DNA of 64,000 nucleotides from an uncultured Mediterranea sp. Lineage in GTDB: Bacteria; Bacteroidota; Bacteroidia; Bacteroidales; Bacteroidaceae. The position numbers and the translations under genes were made by a program. The stretch lies in NCBI GenBank assembly GCA_945641355.1, contig CALZEQ010000002.1, forward strand, positions 56,587-120,586. The letters run 5' to 3'. Of this stretch, positions 27,367-37,439 are shown one piece after another. Position 1 is the first letter of the stretch. Each line of letters starts with the position of its first letter. The notes beneath the pieces are model-generated. The model did not search any database. It saw nothing but the letters and a program-made list of their open reading frames with translations, and was not told the origin of the DNA.

Positions 27367-28338
27367 TCAAACGTATGTTTCCAGTAATTTTACCGCACCG
27401 TCGGGTACAATCGTTACCTCTTGGGTAGTTGCTGGAAGCAATACCGTATCGCCGGCTTGCAACGTCACCTCATTCTTCTCGTTGTCTGTCAGCCGGCAGG
27501 CTCCTTCCACGCAGATGAAGATGACAAACGAGTCGAGTTCGGAATAGTCGCACGTAATATCCTCCGTCATGTCGTACACCGACGTGGTGAAGTAGGGAGA
27601 AGCTACCATCTCTACCGGTTCGTTCTGTATCCGTTCATATTCCGTACGGAAGTCATCCTGCACGTCGGCAAAATTGATGGCATCGATAGCCTGGCTGGTA
27701 TGCAACTCGCGGCTCTTCCCGTCCTTGTCCTTGCGATTGTAGTCAAATATGCGGTAAGTGATGTCCGATGTCTGTTGGATTTCAGCAACGAATGCACCGG
27801 CTCCGATGCCATGCACACGTCCGGCCGGCACATAAAAAACATCGCCCGGCTGGATAGGGCACGGTTGCAACACCTCGGCAAAGGTGCCGTTGTGAACCCT
27901 CTCCTTATACTCTTTCGGTGTGATTTGTTGGGAGAATCCCGATATCAGTTTGGCTCCCTTGTCGGCCGAGATGACATACCACATTTCGTTTTTGCCAAAA
28001 CTGTTGTGTCTTTTTCTGGCCAGATCGTCACCCGGATGTACCTGAATGGAAAGGTCAAGCTTGGCGTCGATAAACTTGATAAGCAGCGGGAACTTGTCAC
28101 CGAAGCGGGTATAATTGCTTTCCCCTACCAGCTCATCTTTGTATTTGCGCACCATTTCCGGCAAAGTGTGTCCCTTGTCTGTGCCATTTGCCACGACTGA
28201 TTCACTTCCCTCTACAGCGGATACTTCCCAGCTTTCTCCCACATTAGCCAACGTGTCGTTCAGGTGTTTGAAAGGAATAATCTTTTCGCCACCCCAAAGC
28301 GTCTGCTTCAGAATCGGCTCAAATTTAAGAGGATACAT
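27367..28338 (-). CDS. manA: Mannose-6-phosphate isomerase, type I
   Basis: PLKFEPILKQTLWGG N-terminus, QVHP and AGRVHGIG cupin metal-site motifs. Confidence 0.85.
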   Translation of the reverse strand: MYPLKFEPILKQTLWGGEKIIPFKHLNDTLANVGESWEVSAVEGSESVVANGTDKGHTLPEMVRKYKDELVGESNYTRFGDKFPLLIKFIDAKLDLSIQVHPGDDLARKRHNSFGKNEMWYVISADKGAKLISGFSQQITPKEYKERVHNGTFAEVLQPCPIQPGDVFYVPAGRVHGIGAGAFVAEIQQTSDITYRIFDYNRKDKDGKSRELHTSQAIDAINFADVQDDFRTEYERIQNEPVEMVASPYFTTSVYDMTEDITCDYSELDSFVIFICVEGACRLTDNEKNEVTLQAGDTVLLPATTQEVTIVPDGAVKLLETYV

Positions 28339-28393
28339 TTTTAAATCTAAGAATTAAGCATTATAAATTAAACATCGGTTGCATAGATTGTAC

Positions 28394-28424
28394 GATAAAT
28401 TTATCATACTTATCTTGCGGATAA
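28394..28424. promoter_or_regulatory. GATAA/TTATC dyads in the divergent manA/galM control region (candidate operator)
   Basis: Perfect 12-bp palindrome GATAAATTTATC (28394-28405), followed by TTATC-N5-GATAA (28410-28424). Confidence 0.35.
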
Positions 28425-28599
28425 CATCTGTTTCAACCTTCATAAATCCATTGTCTCGGCAAACATACGAAAAATATCCATTTCTCTTCCATTTGGTAAA
28501 CGCTAAACTTTCCTAAAATGTCTCCCATATTTTATGGCATTTCCTTGGGAGTACAAAAGAATTTCTCTTTATTTGCAAGAAATTTAAATAAACCATGAT

Positions 28600-29700
28600 A
28601 TGATAAACACTGCTATGACAGAAAGTAACTTGTCCGGCCTGAACCGGAAGGACTTCCAACAGGATATAAACGGAAAAAAGACAGATTTGTTCATACTGCG
28701 CAACAAAGCGGGTATGGAAGTGGCCGCTACCAATTATGGCTGTGCCGTACTGACCATTATGGTGCCCGACCGTAACGGGAAGTATGCCAACGTCGTGTTG
28801 GGACACGACAGTATCGACCACGTGGTGCATAGCCCTGAACCTTTCCTGAGCACCATCATCGGCCGTTATGGCAACCGTATTGCCAAAGGTAAGTTTACCC
28901 TTTTCGGCGAAGAACACAATCTGGCCATCAACAACGGACCCAATGCGTTGCACGGAGGGCCGACCGGTTTCCATGCCCGTGTGTGGGACGCAGTACAGCC
29001 CGATGACACAACCGTCATCTTCACTTATACCTCTGCCGATGGCGAGGAGGGATTCCCCGGCAAACTGGAAGTGGAAGTCACTTACCGGTTGGAGGATGAG
29101 ACGAATGCCCTTGCTATCGAATATCGGGCCACTACCGACAAGGCCACGATTGTCAATCTGACCAACCACGCCTTCTTCAACCTGGCAGGTATAGCCAATC
29201 CGACTCCTACCGTCAACAACCAAATCATTACCATCAACGCCGATTATTTCGTACCCATTGACAAGGACTCTATCCCGACAGGAGAAATCCTGAAGGTAGA
29301 AGGTACTCCGATGGATTTCCGCACACCGCATACCATCGGCGAACGCATTGATGCGGACGACGAGCAGATAATCAATGGCGAAGGTTACGATCATTGCTAT
29401 GTACTGAATAAGAAGGAGAGCGGTTCGCTGGAACTGGCTGCAACCTATTCCGACCCCGAAAGCGGTCGTACCATGGAGATGTATACTACCGAGGTGGGCG
29501 TTCAGCTCTATACTGGCAACTGGCTGAACGGATTTGAAGGCGCTCATGGTGCCACTTTCCCTGCAAGAAGTGCCGTATGTTTCGAGGCTCAATGCTTCCC
29601 CGACACGCCCAATCGGGCTCATTTCCCCTCGTGCGTATTGCTGCCGGGAGATGAATACCAGCAACAGACCATCTACAAGTTCGATGTAGACAAGAAATAG
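28600..29700 (+). CDS. galM: Aldose 1-epimerase (galactose mutarotase)
   Basis: GRYGNRIAKGKF, NALHGG, LTNHAFFNL and CFEAQ motifs typical of GalM. Confidence 0.9.
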   Translation: MINTAMTESNLSGLNRKDFQQDINGKKTDLFILRNKAGMEVAATNYGCAVLTIMVPDRNGKYANVVLGHDSIDHVVHSPEPFLSTIIGRYGNRIAKGKFTLFGEEHNLAINNGPNALHGGPTGFHARVWDAVQPDDTTVIFTYTSADGEEGFPGKLEVEVTYRLEDETNALAIEYRATTDKATIVNLTNHAFFNLAGIANPTPTVNNQIITINADYFVPIDKDSIPTGEILKVEGTPMDFRTPHTIGERIDADDEQIINGEGYDHCYVLNKKESGSLELAATYSDPESGRTMEMYTTEVGVQLYTGNWLNGFEGAHGATFPARSAVCFEAQCFPDTPNRAHFPSCVLLPGDEYQQQTIYKFDVDKK

Positions 29701-29756
29701 TCAAGAGAATCATTAACCTAAATTCGAATCAATTAATTATTAATCCTTTTAATATC

Positions 29757-31034
29757 ATGAGTCAAGAAAAGAAAAATGGTAATCTCATCGCCATTATCAC
29801 GATGTGTTTTATGTTTGCAATGATCTCCTTTGTTACGAATATGGCAGCGCCATTCGGTAATATATGGGGATTCACATATAGCTGGGCAGGCATGATGGGA
29901 AATATGATGAACTTTGCAGCCTATCTCTTCATGGGCATCCCGGCAGGCAAGATGTTGATCAAGTATGGCTATAAGAAGACAGCTCTCTCTGCTTTGGCAG
30001 TGGGAGTGGTCGGTTTGCTGGTGCAATACTTCTCCAGTATCTTCGGAGCCGACATTGCAGCCTTCACCTACAACGGTCAGGTGGTTGCGCTGAATCTGGT
30101 TATCTATTTGCTGGGTGCCTTCATCTGCGGTTTCTGTGTATGTATGCTGAACACCGTGGTCAACCCGATGCTGAACCTGCTTGGCGGTGGCGGCAACAAG
30201 GGTAACCAGCTGATTCAGATTGGTGGTACGCTGAACTCGCTGACGGGTACGTTGACTCCCTTCTTGGTGGGTGTCATGATTGGTCAGCTGACGCAGAACA
30301 CCAGTATGACCGATGTCGCTCCGTTGCTCTTCATCGGCATCGCCGTATTTGCCCTCTCGTTCCTCATCATTTTCTTTGTGGCCATTCCCGAACCGCAGGC
30401 CAACAACAAGAACGAGAAGTATGAACACAGTCCGCTTGCATTCCGTCACTGTCTGCTGGGTGTGATAGCCATCTTCTTCTATGTAGGTATTGAAATCGGT
30501 ATTCCTGCCCAATTGAACTTCTACCTCTCCAACCAGTCGTTTGAGGGCGCAGCTGCCGTGGGTGGTGCATTGGCCGCTCTCTACTGGTTCCTTATGTTGG
30601 TGGGCCGTGCATCCAGCAGCGTCATCAGTGGCAAGGTGGCTACTACCTCGCAGATGACAGTGGTGTCCATGACCGCCATTATCCTTATTCTCGTAGCCAT
30701 CCTGATGCCCGAAAGCATCGTGGTTACCTTCAGAGGCAATCCCGTTCCTGTAAAATGCTTCCTGTTGGCTGCTTGCGGTCTCTGCACTTCCATCATGTGG
30801 GGCGGTATTTTCAACCTGGCTGTAGAGGGGCTGGGCAAGTACACCGCTGCTGCATCGGGTCTCTTTATGATGATGGTAGTAGGTGGTGGCATCATGCCGC
30901 TCATCCAGGACTTCATCGCCAAGGCTACCAACCCCATCGTCAGCTACTGGCTGGTCATCGCCATGTTGGCATACATCCTGTACTATAGCAAGATTGGCTG
31001 CAAGAATGTAAACAAGGATATTCCTGTAGATTGA
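29757..31034 (+). CDS. MFS sugar transporter (glucose/galactose or FucP-like)
   Basis: 12-TM pattern. It lies between galM and galK. The N-terminal FMFAMISFVTNMAAPF resembles the glucose/galactose transporter family. Confidence 0.75.
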   Translation: MSQEKKNGNLIAIITMCFMFAMISFVTNMAAPFGNIWGFTYSWAGMMGNMMNFAAYLFMGIPAGKMLIKYGYKKTALSALAVGVVGLLVQYFSSIFGADIAAFTYNGQVVALNLVIYLLGAFICGFCVCMLNTVVNPMLNLLGGGGNKGNQLIQIGGTLNSLTGTLTPFLVGVMIGQLTQNTSMTDVAPLLFIGIAVFALSFLIIFFVAIPEPQANNKNEKYEHSPLAFRHCLLGVIAIFFYVGIEIGIPAQLNFYLSNQSFEGAAAVGGALAALYWFLMLVGRASSSVISGKVATTSQMTVVSMTAIILILVAILMPESIVVTFRGNPVPVKCFLLAACGLCTSIMWGGIFNLAVEGLGKYTAAASGLFMMMVVGGGIMPLIQDFIAKATNPIVSYWLVIAMLAYILYYSKIGCKNVNKDIPVD

Positions 31035-31087
31035 TTTATATAGTCAAAAGTTAATTGATTTTATTCACCCTATAAATTGTTAATATC

Positions 31088-32242
31088 ATGGATATAGATC
31101 ACGTAAGAAGCCGTTTCATTAAACACTTTGACGGAACAACTGGAGCTGTTTATGCTTCTCCCGGACGTATTAACCTCATCGGTGAACACACCGACTACAA
31201 CGGTGGTTTCGTATTCCCCGGTGCGATAGATAAAGGTATGGTTGCCGAAATCAAGCCCAACGGTACCGATACAGTAAAGGCATATTCCATCGACTTGAAG
31301 GACTATGTAGAGTTTGGCTTGAACGAAGAGGATGCTCCCCGTGCCAGCTGGGCACGTTATATCTTCGGCGTTTGCCGCGAGATGATCAAGCGTGGCGTTG
31401 AGGTCAAAGGCTTCAATACCGCTTTTGCAGGTGACGTTCCTCTGGGAGCAGGTATGTCCTCTTCCGCAGCCTTGGAGAGCACTTATGCCTACGCACTGAA
31501 CGATCTGTTCGGTGACAACAAGATTGACAAGTTCGAGTTGGCTAAGGTAGGTCAGTCTACCGAGCACAACTATTGCGGTGTGAACTGCGGTATCATGGAT
31601 CAGTTCGCTTCTGTATTTGGCAAGAAGGGTAGTCTGATTCGTCTGGACTGCCGTTCGTTGGAATACCAGTATTTCCCGTTCGATCCGCAAGGCTACCGCT
31701 TGGTATTGGTTGATTCTGTAGTGAAACATGAATTGGCTTCTTCGGCTTACAACAAGCGTCGTCAGAGTTGCGAGGCTGCTGTGGCTGCTGTTCAGAAGAA
31801 GCATCCGCATGTAGAGTTCTTGCGGGACGTGACGATGGAGATGCTGAACGAATCAAAGGCAGAAATCAGCGAAGAAGATTACAAGCGTGCAGAATACGTC
31901 ATCGAGGAGATTCAGCGTGTGCTCGACGTTTGCGACGCATTGGAGCGTGGTGACTACGAGACCGTTGGTCAGAAGATGTACGAGACACATCACGGCATGA
32001 GCAAGCTGTACGAAGTAAGCTGCGAAGAGCTTGACTTCCTGAACGACCTTGCATTCGACTGCGGTGTAACAGGTTCTCGTGTGATGGGTGGCGGCTTTGG
32101 TGGTTGCACCATCAACCTTGTCAAGGAGGAACTGTACGGCACATTCATCGAGAAGGCAAAAGAAGAGTTCAAGAAGAAGTTCGGACGTAGTCCGAAGATT
32201 TACGATGTCGTTATCAGCGACGGAGCACGTCGTCTGTTGTAA
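31088..32242 (+). CDS. galK: Galactokinase
   Basis: GRINLIGEHTDYNGG signature and the GHMP motif GAGMSSSAA. Confidence 0.95.
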   Translation: MDIDHVRSRFIKHFDGTTGAVYASPGRINLIGEHTDYNGGFVFPGAIDKGMVAEIKPNGTDTVKAYSIDLKDYVEFGLNEEDAPRASWARYIFGVCREMIKRGVEVKGFNTAFAGDVPLGAGMSSSAALESTYAYALNDLFGDNKIDKFELAKVGQSTEHNYCGVNCGIMDQFASVFGKKGSLIRLDCRSLEYQYFPFDPQGYRLVLVDSVVKHELASSAYNKRRQSCEAAVAAVQKKHPHVEFLRDVTMEMLNESKAEISEEDYKRAEYVIEEIQRVLDVCDALERGDYETVGQKMYETHHGMSKLYEVSCEELDFLNDLAFDCGVTGSRVMGGGFGGCTINLVKEELYGTFIEKAKEEFKKKFGRSPKIYDVVISDGARRLL

Positions 32243-32280
32243 TCCGTTGGCGTAGTTGCCACAGGCATATACATCATACA

Positions 32281-32329
32281 AAAGGCACAGAGCCTATTTA
32301 CCTTGCAGTAAATCAGACTCTGTGCCTTT
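32281..32329. terminator. Terminator hairpin after galK (shared with the convergent gene)
   Basis: AAAGGCACAGAG / CTCTGTGCCTTT, a perfect 12-bp stem followed by a T-rich run. Confidence 0.8.
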
Positions 32330-32351
32330 TCTTGTTCCCGTTCTTTTCTCC

Positions 32352-33107
32352 TTATTTCAGTTTCATCATCGACAGGTCGAAACCTCCCTTCATGGAGCTT
32401 CTTTCTCCTTGCTCTTGTCTGTCAAACGTCACCTCCACATCGCCGTTCTTCTCTGAGTTGAGCTTCACTTTGATGCCTTTGGTTTCCTCGGTGATGTCCA
32501 GCGAGGCCAGGTTGAAGGACACGGCTCCATAGGCACGTCGGCCGGTCAGGTCGTCATAGTCGTTGTACCGCAGTTGCAGTACGATGTATCCCTCCTCGTC
32601 TACCTGTTCGTCGCTCTTTTCGCTGCGTACCAGGCTGATACGATGCTTCGTGCTGGCAGGGACGTTTTGCAGAAAGAGGATGTTCAGATAACCGCCGCTG
32701 ATGCTCATGTCCCCCTTGAAGATCAGTACCGGATCGTTGCCATACGCTTCCACATTGTCGGGTGTCAGGGTCTCCACCTCCTTGGTCAGTACGTTCTGCA
32801 GCCCCAGCAGTTTCACGGCATGGTCGTACCCTTCATAGTCATCCCACAGCGGGTTGAAGGTGGTGATGACTCGTTGTCCCTCTACAGGTTTGTACCAGTC
32901 CAGGTCTACGTTTACCGGCCAGAGTGTCCCCCATACATCGCAATCCAGGTAGAACGCATTCCCCGTCAGACGGACCGTAGCCCACAGCGGCGGTGTGAAG
33001 TCACCGATGGAATATCCGTCATCATCATCGTCACACGATTGCAACACAGGCGTTACTGTCAGACAGAACGCCATCAACAGCCATTGAATTCTCTTCAAAT
33101 ACTTCAT
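32352..33107 (-). CDS. NigD-like lipoprotein
   Basis: Lipobox LQSC followed by DDDDDGYSIGDF...ATVR. The overall pattern resembles Bacteroides NigD_N/NigD_C proteins. Confidence 0.55.
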   Translation of the reverse strand: MKYLKRIQWLLMAFCLTVTPVLQSCDDDDDGYSIGDFTPPLWATVRLTGNAFYLDCDVWGTLWPVNVDLDWYKPVEGQRVITTFNPLWDDYEGYDHAVKLLGLQNVLTKEVETLTPDNVEAYGNDPVLIFKGDMSISGGYLNILFLQNVPASTKHRISLVRSEKSDEQVDEEGYIVLQLRYNDYDDLTGRRAYGAVSFNLASLDITEETKGIKVKLNSEKNGDVEVTFDRQEQGERSSMKGGFDLSMMKLK

Positions 33108-33161
33108 AGTCTATTCAGTTTTAATTGATTCATAAATGTGCGTCATACGCAACCATATACT

Positions 33162-33205
33162 AAAATGCAGAAGCCGATGATTTACTGCATCGACTTCTGC
33201 ATTTT
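33162..33205 (-). terminator. Terminator hairpin downstream of lpxB
   Basis: AAAATGCAGAAG / CTTCTGCATTTT (12 bp) plus an inner CGATG/CATCG pair. There is a T-run on the minus strand. Confidence 0.75.
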
Positions 33206-33256
33206 TAACGAATATTCGGAGCCTGTTGTTCTTCCTTTTTCTTTTTTTACCTCTTT

Positions 33257-34405
33257 CTATCTTTGTCGTCTCTGTTTCAGTTGGCGGATCATTTCGCGGG
33301 CAGCTCTTCGGGGAGCACCGGCCTCACCCAGTCGGGAGGCTACACGTTCGTATCCCTCCAGCATCTGGTTTCGGTAGGTGGTGTCGTTCAGTAGGGCATT
33401 CAGTTCGGCCTTCATCCCTTCCACCGTCATGCTGTCGGCTACCAGTTCTTTCACCACCTCGGCATCGGCAATCAGGTTTACCAGCGAGATGTATTTCACC
33501 TTCAGGATGTGCCGTTTCAAGAAGGCAATCACCTTTCCTATCGGTGTGTGGTAGCATACCGCCTGTGGTACACGCAGCAGAGCCGTCTCCAAGGTGGCCG
33601 TGCCCGAGGTGACCAATGCCGCTTCCGCATGGCTGAGTAGCGGGTAGGTCTTTCCGAACAGAATCGGTATCTGTGCATTCCCCATCACCTGTCGGTAGTA
33701 TGCCGGTGCGATGGCTGGGGCACCCGCCACCACCAACTGATGGTTGAGAAAGGCAGAGGCGGCCCGTATCATGTCGGGTAGGTTGTCCTTTATCTCCTGT
33801 TTGCGGCTTCCCGCCAGCAGGGCGATGATGGGGCGGGTTGAAAGGTCGTTGGCATGGGTGAAGGTTTCAAAATCCTCTGTATACGCAGAGCGGAATGCCG
33901 TCACCTCGTCCATGGTGGGGTTGCCCACGTAGTGGATGGGATAGCCGTGTTTCCCTTCGAAGAACTCTACCTCAAAGGGTAGGATGGAGAAGAGTGCGTC
34001 CACGTCGCGCTTGATGTTTTTGATACGGTACTCCTTCCATGCCCATATTTTGGGAGAGATATAGTAGTAGACGGGGATGCGGGTATGTGCATGGATGTAT
34101 TGGGCTATGTTGAGGTTGAAGCCCGGATAATCCACCAGAATGAGGACATCAGGGTTCCACTCCACAATATCCTGTTTGCAACGCCGCATGTTGGCAAAGA
34201 TGGTATGCAGGTGCAGCAGCACGGGGATGAATCCCATGTAAGCCAGCTCCCGGTAGTGCTTCACCATGGTTCCTCCTACAGCGGCCATCAGGTCACCACC
34301 GAAGAAGCGGAAGGTGGCTTCCGCATCCTCCTCTTTCAGGGCCGCCATCAGGTGCGAGGCATGAAGGTCGCCCGAAGCCTCTCCTACTATCAAGTAATAC
34401 TTCAT
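33257..34405 (-). CDS. lpxB: Lipid-A-disaccharide synthase
   Basis: MKYYLIVGEASGDLH N-terminus and GT19-like length. ATG at 34405 is preferred over the TTG at 34414. Confidence 0.9.
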   Translation of the reverse strand: MKYYLIVGEASGDLHASHLMAALKEEDAEATFRFFGGDLMAAVGGTMVKHYRELAYMGFIPVLLHLHTIFANMRRCKQDIVEWNPDVLILVDYPGFNLNIAQYIHAHTRIPVYYYISPKIWAWKEYRIKNIKRDVDALFSILPFEVEFFEGKHGYPIHYVGNPTMDEVTAFRSAYTEDFETFTHANDLSTRPIIALLAGSRKQEIKDNLPDMIRAASAFLNHQLVVAGAPAIAPAYYRQVMGNAQIPILFGKTYPLLSHAEAALVTSGTATLETALLRVPQAVCYHTPIGKVIAFLKRHILKVKYISLVNLIADAEVVKELVADSMTVEGMKAELNALLNDTTYRNQMLEGYERVASRLGEAGAPRRAAREMIRQLKQRRQR

Positions 34406-34424
34406 CTTTCTCAATCCGTTTGTC

Positions 34425-35198
34425 TCAGAACCACGTTTTCATCTCCTCCAGCAGTCCGTATGCCGTGGCGTCTACGGTAACGGGCGTTACGGCTACATAG
34501 CCATGATCCAATGCCCAGTGGTCGTTCTGCTCGTTTGCCTCATCTTTATTCTCAAACGCCCCTGTCAGCCAGTAGTAATGTGCATCGCCCCGATGGGCGA
34601 AGTTTTCCCACTCGTTTACCCATTCGCCGCGCGTCTGTTCGCAAATGCGGATGCCTTGCAACTCCTTGGCGTCGGGAAAGTTCACGTTCAGACAGGTCAG
34701 GGGAGGCAATCCCTTCTCCAGTACCCGTTGCACAATCTGCCGTATGAAAGGCCCTGTCGCCTCAAAGTCGGCATTGGGCTCGTGGCTGCAGAGGGAGAAT
34801 CCGATGGCCGGAACTCCTTTCAGGCATCCCTCGATGACGGCTCCCATCGTACCCGAATAGTGTACGTTGACCGACGAATTGTCTCCGTGATTGATGCCGG
34901 CCACCACCAGGTCGGGTTTTCGCTCCAATACGGTGTGAAATGCCAGTTTGATACAATCTACAGGGGTACCCGAACAGCGGTAGACCGTCAGCCCCACATC
35001 TTTCCGTACCAGCTGGTAGTGGATGGGTTCCTTTACGGTCAGTGCGCAGGCGGCACCTGAACGGGCAGTGTCGGGTGCCATCACCACAATCTCTGCCAAT
35101 GGACGTAGAAACTTGACTAATTCGCTGATGCCTTTGGCAATGACACCGTCGTCATTGGACACCAATATCAAAGGTCTTTGATTTTCCATATCGTGCAT
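34425..35198 (-). CDS. surE: 5'/3'-nucleotidase SurE
   Basis: [15 protein letters not shown] and YSGTMGAV motifs. Confidence 0.9.
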   Translation of the reverse strand: MHDMENQRPLILVSNDDGVIAKGISELVKFLRPLAEIVVMAPDTARSGAACALTVKEPIHYQLVRKDVGLTVYRCSGTPVDCIKLAFHTVLERKPDLVVAGINHGDNSSVNVHYSGTMGAVIEGCLKGVPAIGFSLCSHEPNADFEATGPFIRQIVQRVLEKGLPPLTCLNVNFPDAKELQGIRICEQTRGEWVNEWENFAHRGDAHYYWLTGAFENKDEANEQNDHWALDHGYVAVTPVTVDATAYGLLEEMKTWF

Positions 35199-35377
35199 AG
35201 TTATTGAATGAGGTCACAAATGTAGTCAATATTACTCAGATTCGCCAGCTCGGAAGGATGATATTTCCACAACGGCCTTATGAAGTCCGGCTCTTTGGTA
35301 GAGATTACGAAAGGAAAGTGCACTGCAATTCGTTCCAAACCAGGCTTCAAAATAAGGAGAACCCGCTTTCAATGCTT

Positions 35378-35461
35378 GTTCGTAGCCTTCGTATGTCTGT
35401 TCTAAGTCTTCGTATGTACGTTCGAAGCCTTCGAATGAACATACGGAGCTTGCGAACTGAT
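35378..35461. repeat. Four tandem 21-bp units carrying eight TTCGWA-like hexamers at alternating 9- and 12-nt spacing; the last unit is inverted
   Basis: GTTCGTAGCCTTCGTATGTCT / GTTCTAAGTCTTCGTATGTAC / GTTCGAAGCCTTCGAATGAAC / ATACGGAGCTTGCGAACTGAT. Confidence 0.85.
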
Positions 35462-35655
35462 ATTTTATCTGCCTTCCCAATCATTTTTACATGAGTTTAC
35501 GATGGAATATAGTTCCCTTCATGGCAGAGTGTATCATTCTTCGATAAGATAGACTGCTTTTCGGAATAACTTTTTCATTCAATTTTGATAAAAGTCTCAC
35601 GCTCGGTAGAGCAAAATAAGCTGTCTCTACTCTCGTTTACTCGGTTTTTTTGCAC

Positions 35656-35663
35656 TACCTTTG
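35656..35663 (+). promoter_or_regulatory. Candidate -7 box (TACCTTTG) for the DUF456 gene
   Basis: TAnnTTTG match 19 nt upstream of the ATG at 35682. Confidence 0.35.
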
Positions 35664-35681
35664 CAGGAGATTTTTTGGGAA

Positions 35682-36158
35682 ATGATGGATATAGTATTAA
35701 TACTGCTTGCGTTGATTTGCCTGTTGGTTGGTTTGGCTGGATGTGTCATCCCCATGTTGCCTGGCCCGCCGATTGCCTATGTCGGTCTGTTGTTGCTGCA
35801 CCTGACCCGACAGGTAGACTATACCTCCTCCCAGTTGCTGGGATGGTTGTTGGCTGTGATAGTGGTGCAGGTACTTGACTACGTAGTACCTATGCTGGGC
35901 AGCAAGTACAGTGGCGGTAGCCGTTGGGGTACGCGCGGTTGTTTCATAGGTACACTTATCGGTCTCTTCTTTTTGCCGGCAGGCATATTGGTCGGTCCCT
36001 TTCTGGGTGCCGTAGTGGGCGAGTTGCTGGGAGGTCATGATACGGCACATGCTTTCCGTTCAGGCATCGGTTCGCTCATCGGATTCCTATTCGGTACGTT
36101 GCTAAAGTGCATGTTGTGCGCTTACTTTTGTTGGCAGTGCATCGAGGCATTCTTCTGA
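35682..36158 (+). CDS. DUF456-like small polytopic membrane protein
   Basis: Four hydrophobic segments with G-rich loops (GGSRWGTRG). ATG at 35682 is preferred over the TTG at 35661. Confidence 0.55.
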   Translation: MMDIVLILLALICLLVGLAGCVIPMLPGPPIAYVGLLLLHLTRQVDYTSSQLLGWLLAVIVVQVLDYVVPMLGSKYSGGSRWGTRGCFIGTLIGLFFLPAGILVGPFLGAVVGELLGGHDTAHAFRSGIGSLIGFLFGTLLKCMLCAYFCWQCIEAFF

Positions 36159-36261
36159 CCCGATACTCTTTCTAAGAATCAGTACAAGATAATTTGGATG
36201 GAACAGATTTGGGTAAATTATAGATGGTTGTTAGTGCTGATGTCTCCTCAGGCGTGAGGGG

Positions 36262-37386
36262 TCAATCCTTTAGACAGCCTAATGGAACGACCAGTACGCC
36301 ATCATTGCGGCGGTACGCAAATTCGCCTGCGGTCAACACCATGAGGAACGAGGGAGGACCCATCTTTTCGATATTCACCTTCGATTGCAGCTTGAGTAGA
36401 TTGGTTGCAGCTTCCTCTATCTGTCGGCTTCCCATCTTGACTTCTATAGGTGCCCAGCGACCATCGGCCAGCTGAATAATCATATCTGCCTCCAGCCCAT
36501 TTTTGTCGCGATAGTGATATACCTTCCCATCGTTGGCATCGGTATATACTCGTATGTCGCGCGTACAGAGTGCTTCAAACAGGAAGCCGAAATATTCAAA
36601 GTCTTTCAAGAGAATGTCTGGCTTGATTCTGAGCACTGATGTAGCGATGCTTGGGTCTGTGAAGTGCCGCTTGTCGGAGGTACGGATAGCTGTTTTTGAA
36701 CGTAGTGAGGGTTGCCATGCGGGTAAATCCTCGATGACGAAGATACGTTTCAAGGCATTGATGTAGGATGAGTAGGTCTTGTCAGTCATGCTGATTTCGT
36801 TGGCTGCAACATCACTGATAATGGTCTGTGCAGTGGCCAGCGTGGTGATGTTGCGAGAGAGGGAACGAAGCAGCATATTTACACGGTCAGGGTTCTTTCC
36901 TACGCCGTCAACCCGATGGGTGTCCTTGTTGATGATGGCATCTACGTAGGAGTGGGCGGTAAGAAGTGACGCTTGGTCTGACTTACCCACTGATGCAGGC
37001 CATCCTCCGCGACAAATCAGATGAGCTATCTGTTCTATGCTGATGTCACTCATTCTCTCCACTTCATGGTTGCCTTCAAACAGGGAGGAGAGGCTCACCG
37101 TACCTGAGGATTCACCGGATTCATAGAGGCTCATGGTACGCATCCGCATTCGGGCGATACGTCCAGCACCACTGTGGTGAATCTCGTCATCGGATGGTAC
37201 AGCCGATCCTGTAAGGATGAACTGGCCTGAAGCTTGACGGTTATCAACTTGAAAACGTACAGCATCCCAAAGAACGGGAGCATCCTGCCATTCGTCCAGC
37301 AACCGAGGGGTCGCGCCTTGGAGCAATAGGGAAGGTTTGGTCTCTGCCATGTGTATGTAAGCGGATCGCTTATCGGGATCCTGCAT
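36262..37386 (-). pseudogene. AAA-type ATP-binding protein (DUF4143 family), apparently missing ~45 N-terminal residues including the Walker A loop
   Basis: The ORF starts at MQDPDKR... In intact family members, as I recall them, this follows a G-x-K-W-C-G-K-T-T P-loop. An in-frame TAA lies 13 codons upstream. The C-terminal DUF4143-like part is intact. Confidence 0.5.
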
Positions 37387-37401
37387 GAATAATACACTCT
37401 C

Positions 37402-37439
37402 ACTCCGAACTTTGGCGCAAATTTACTCCGAACTTTGGC
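37402..37439. repeat. 15-bp perfect direct repeat ACTCCGAACTTTGGC, two copies with an 8-nt spacer, at the truncation junction
   Basis: Copies at 37402-37416 and 37425-37439. Confidence 0.85.

Noticed and set aside
35412-35426. GTACGTTCGAA resembles the ACGTWCG core of the inverted repeats used by Bacteroides Mpi-type promoter invertases.
   Set aside because: I saw no matching inverted partner flanking a promoter-sized segment, and the window contains no recombinase. The match is probably a by-product of the TTCGWA repeat.
35378-35461. Possible CRISPR array.
   Set aside because: The units are contiguous with no spacers, only 21 bp long and only four in number. There are no cas genes in the window.
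35204-35494. Heptad-repeat peptides on both strands (…VRSLRMSVLSLRMYVRSLRMNIRSLRT… and …FEGFERTYEDLEQTYEGYEQ…).
   Set aside because: Both strands are open only because the DNA is a 21-bp tandem repeat. There is no start context or flanking protein-like sequence, so it is treated as a DNA/RNA-level element.
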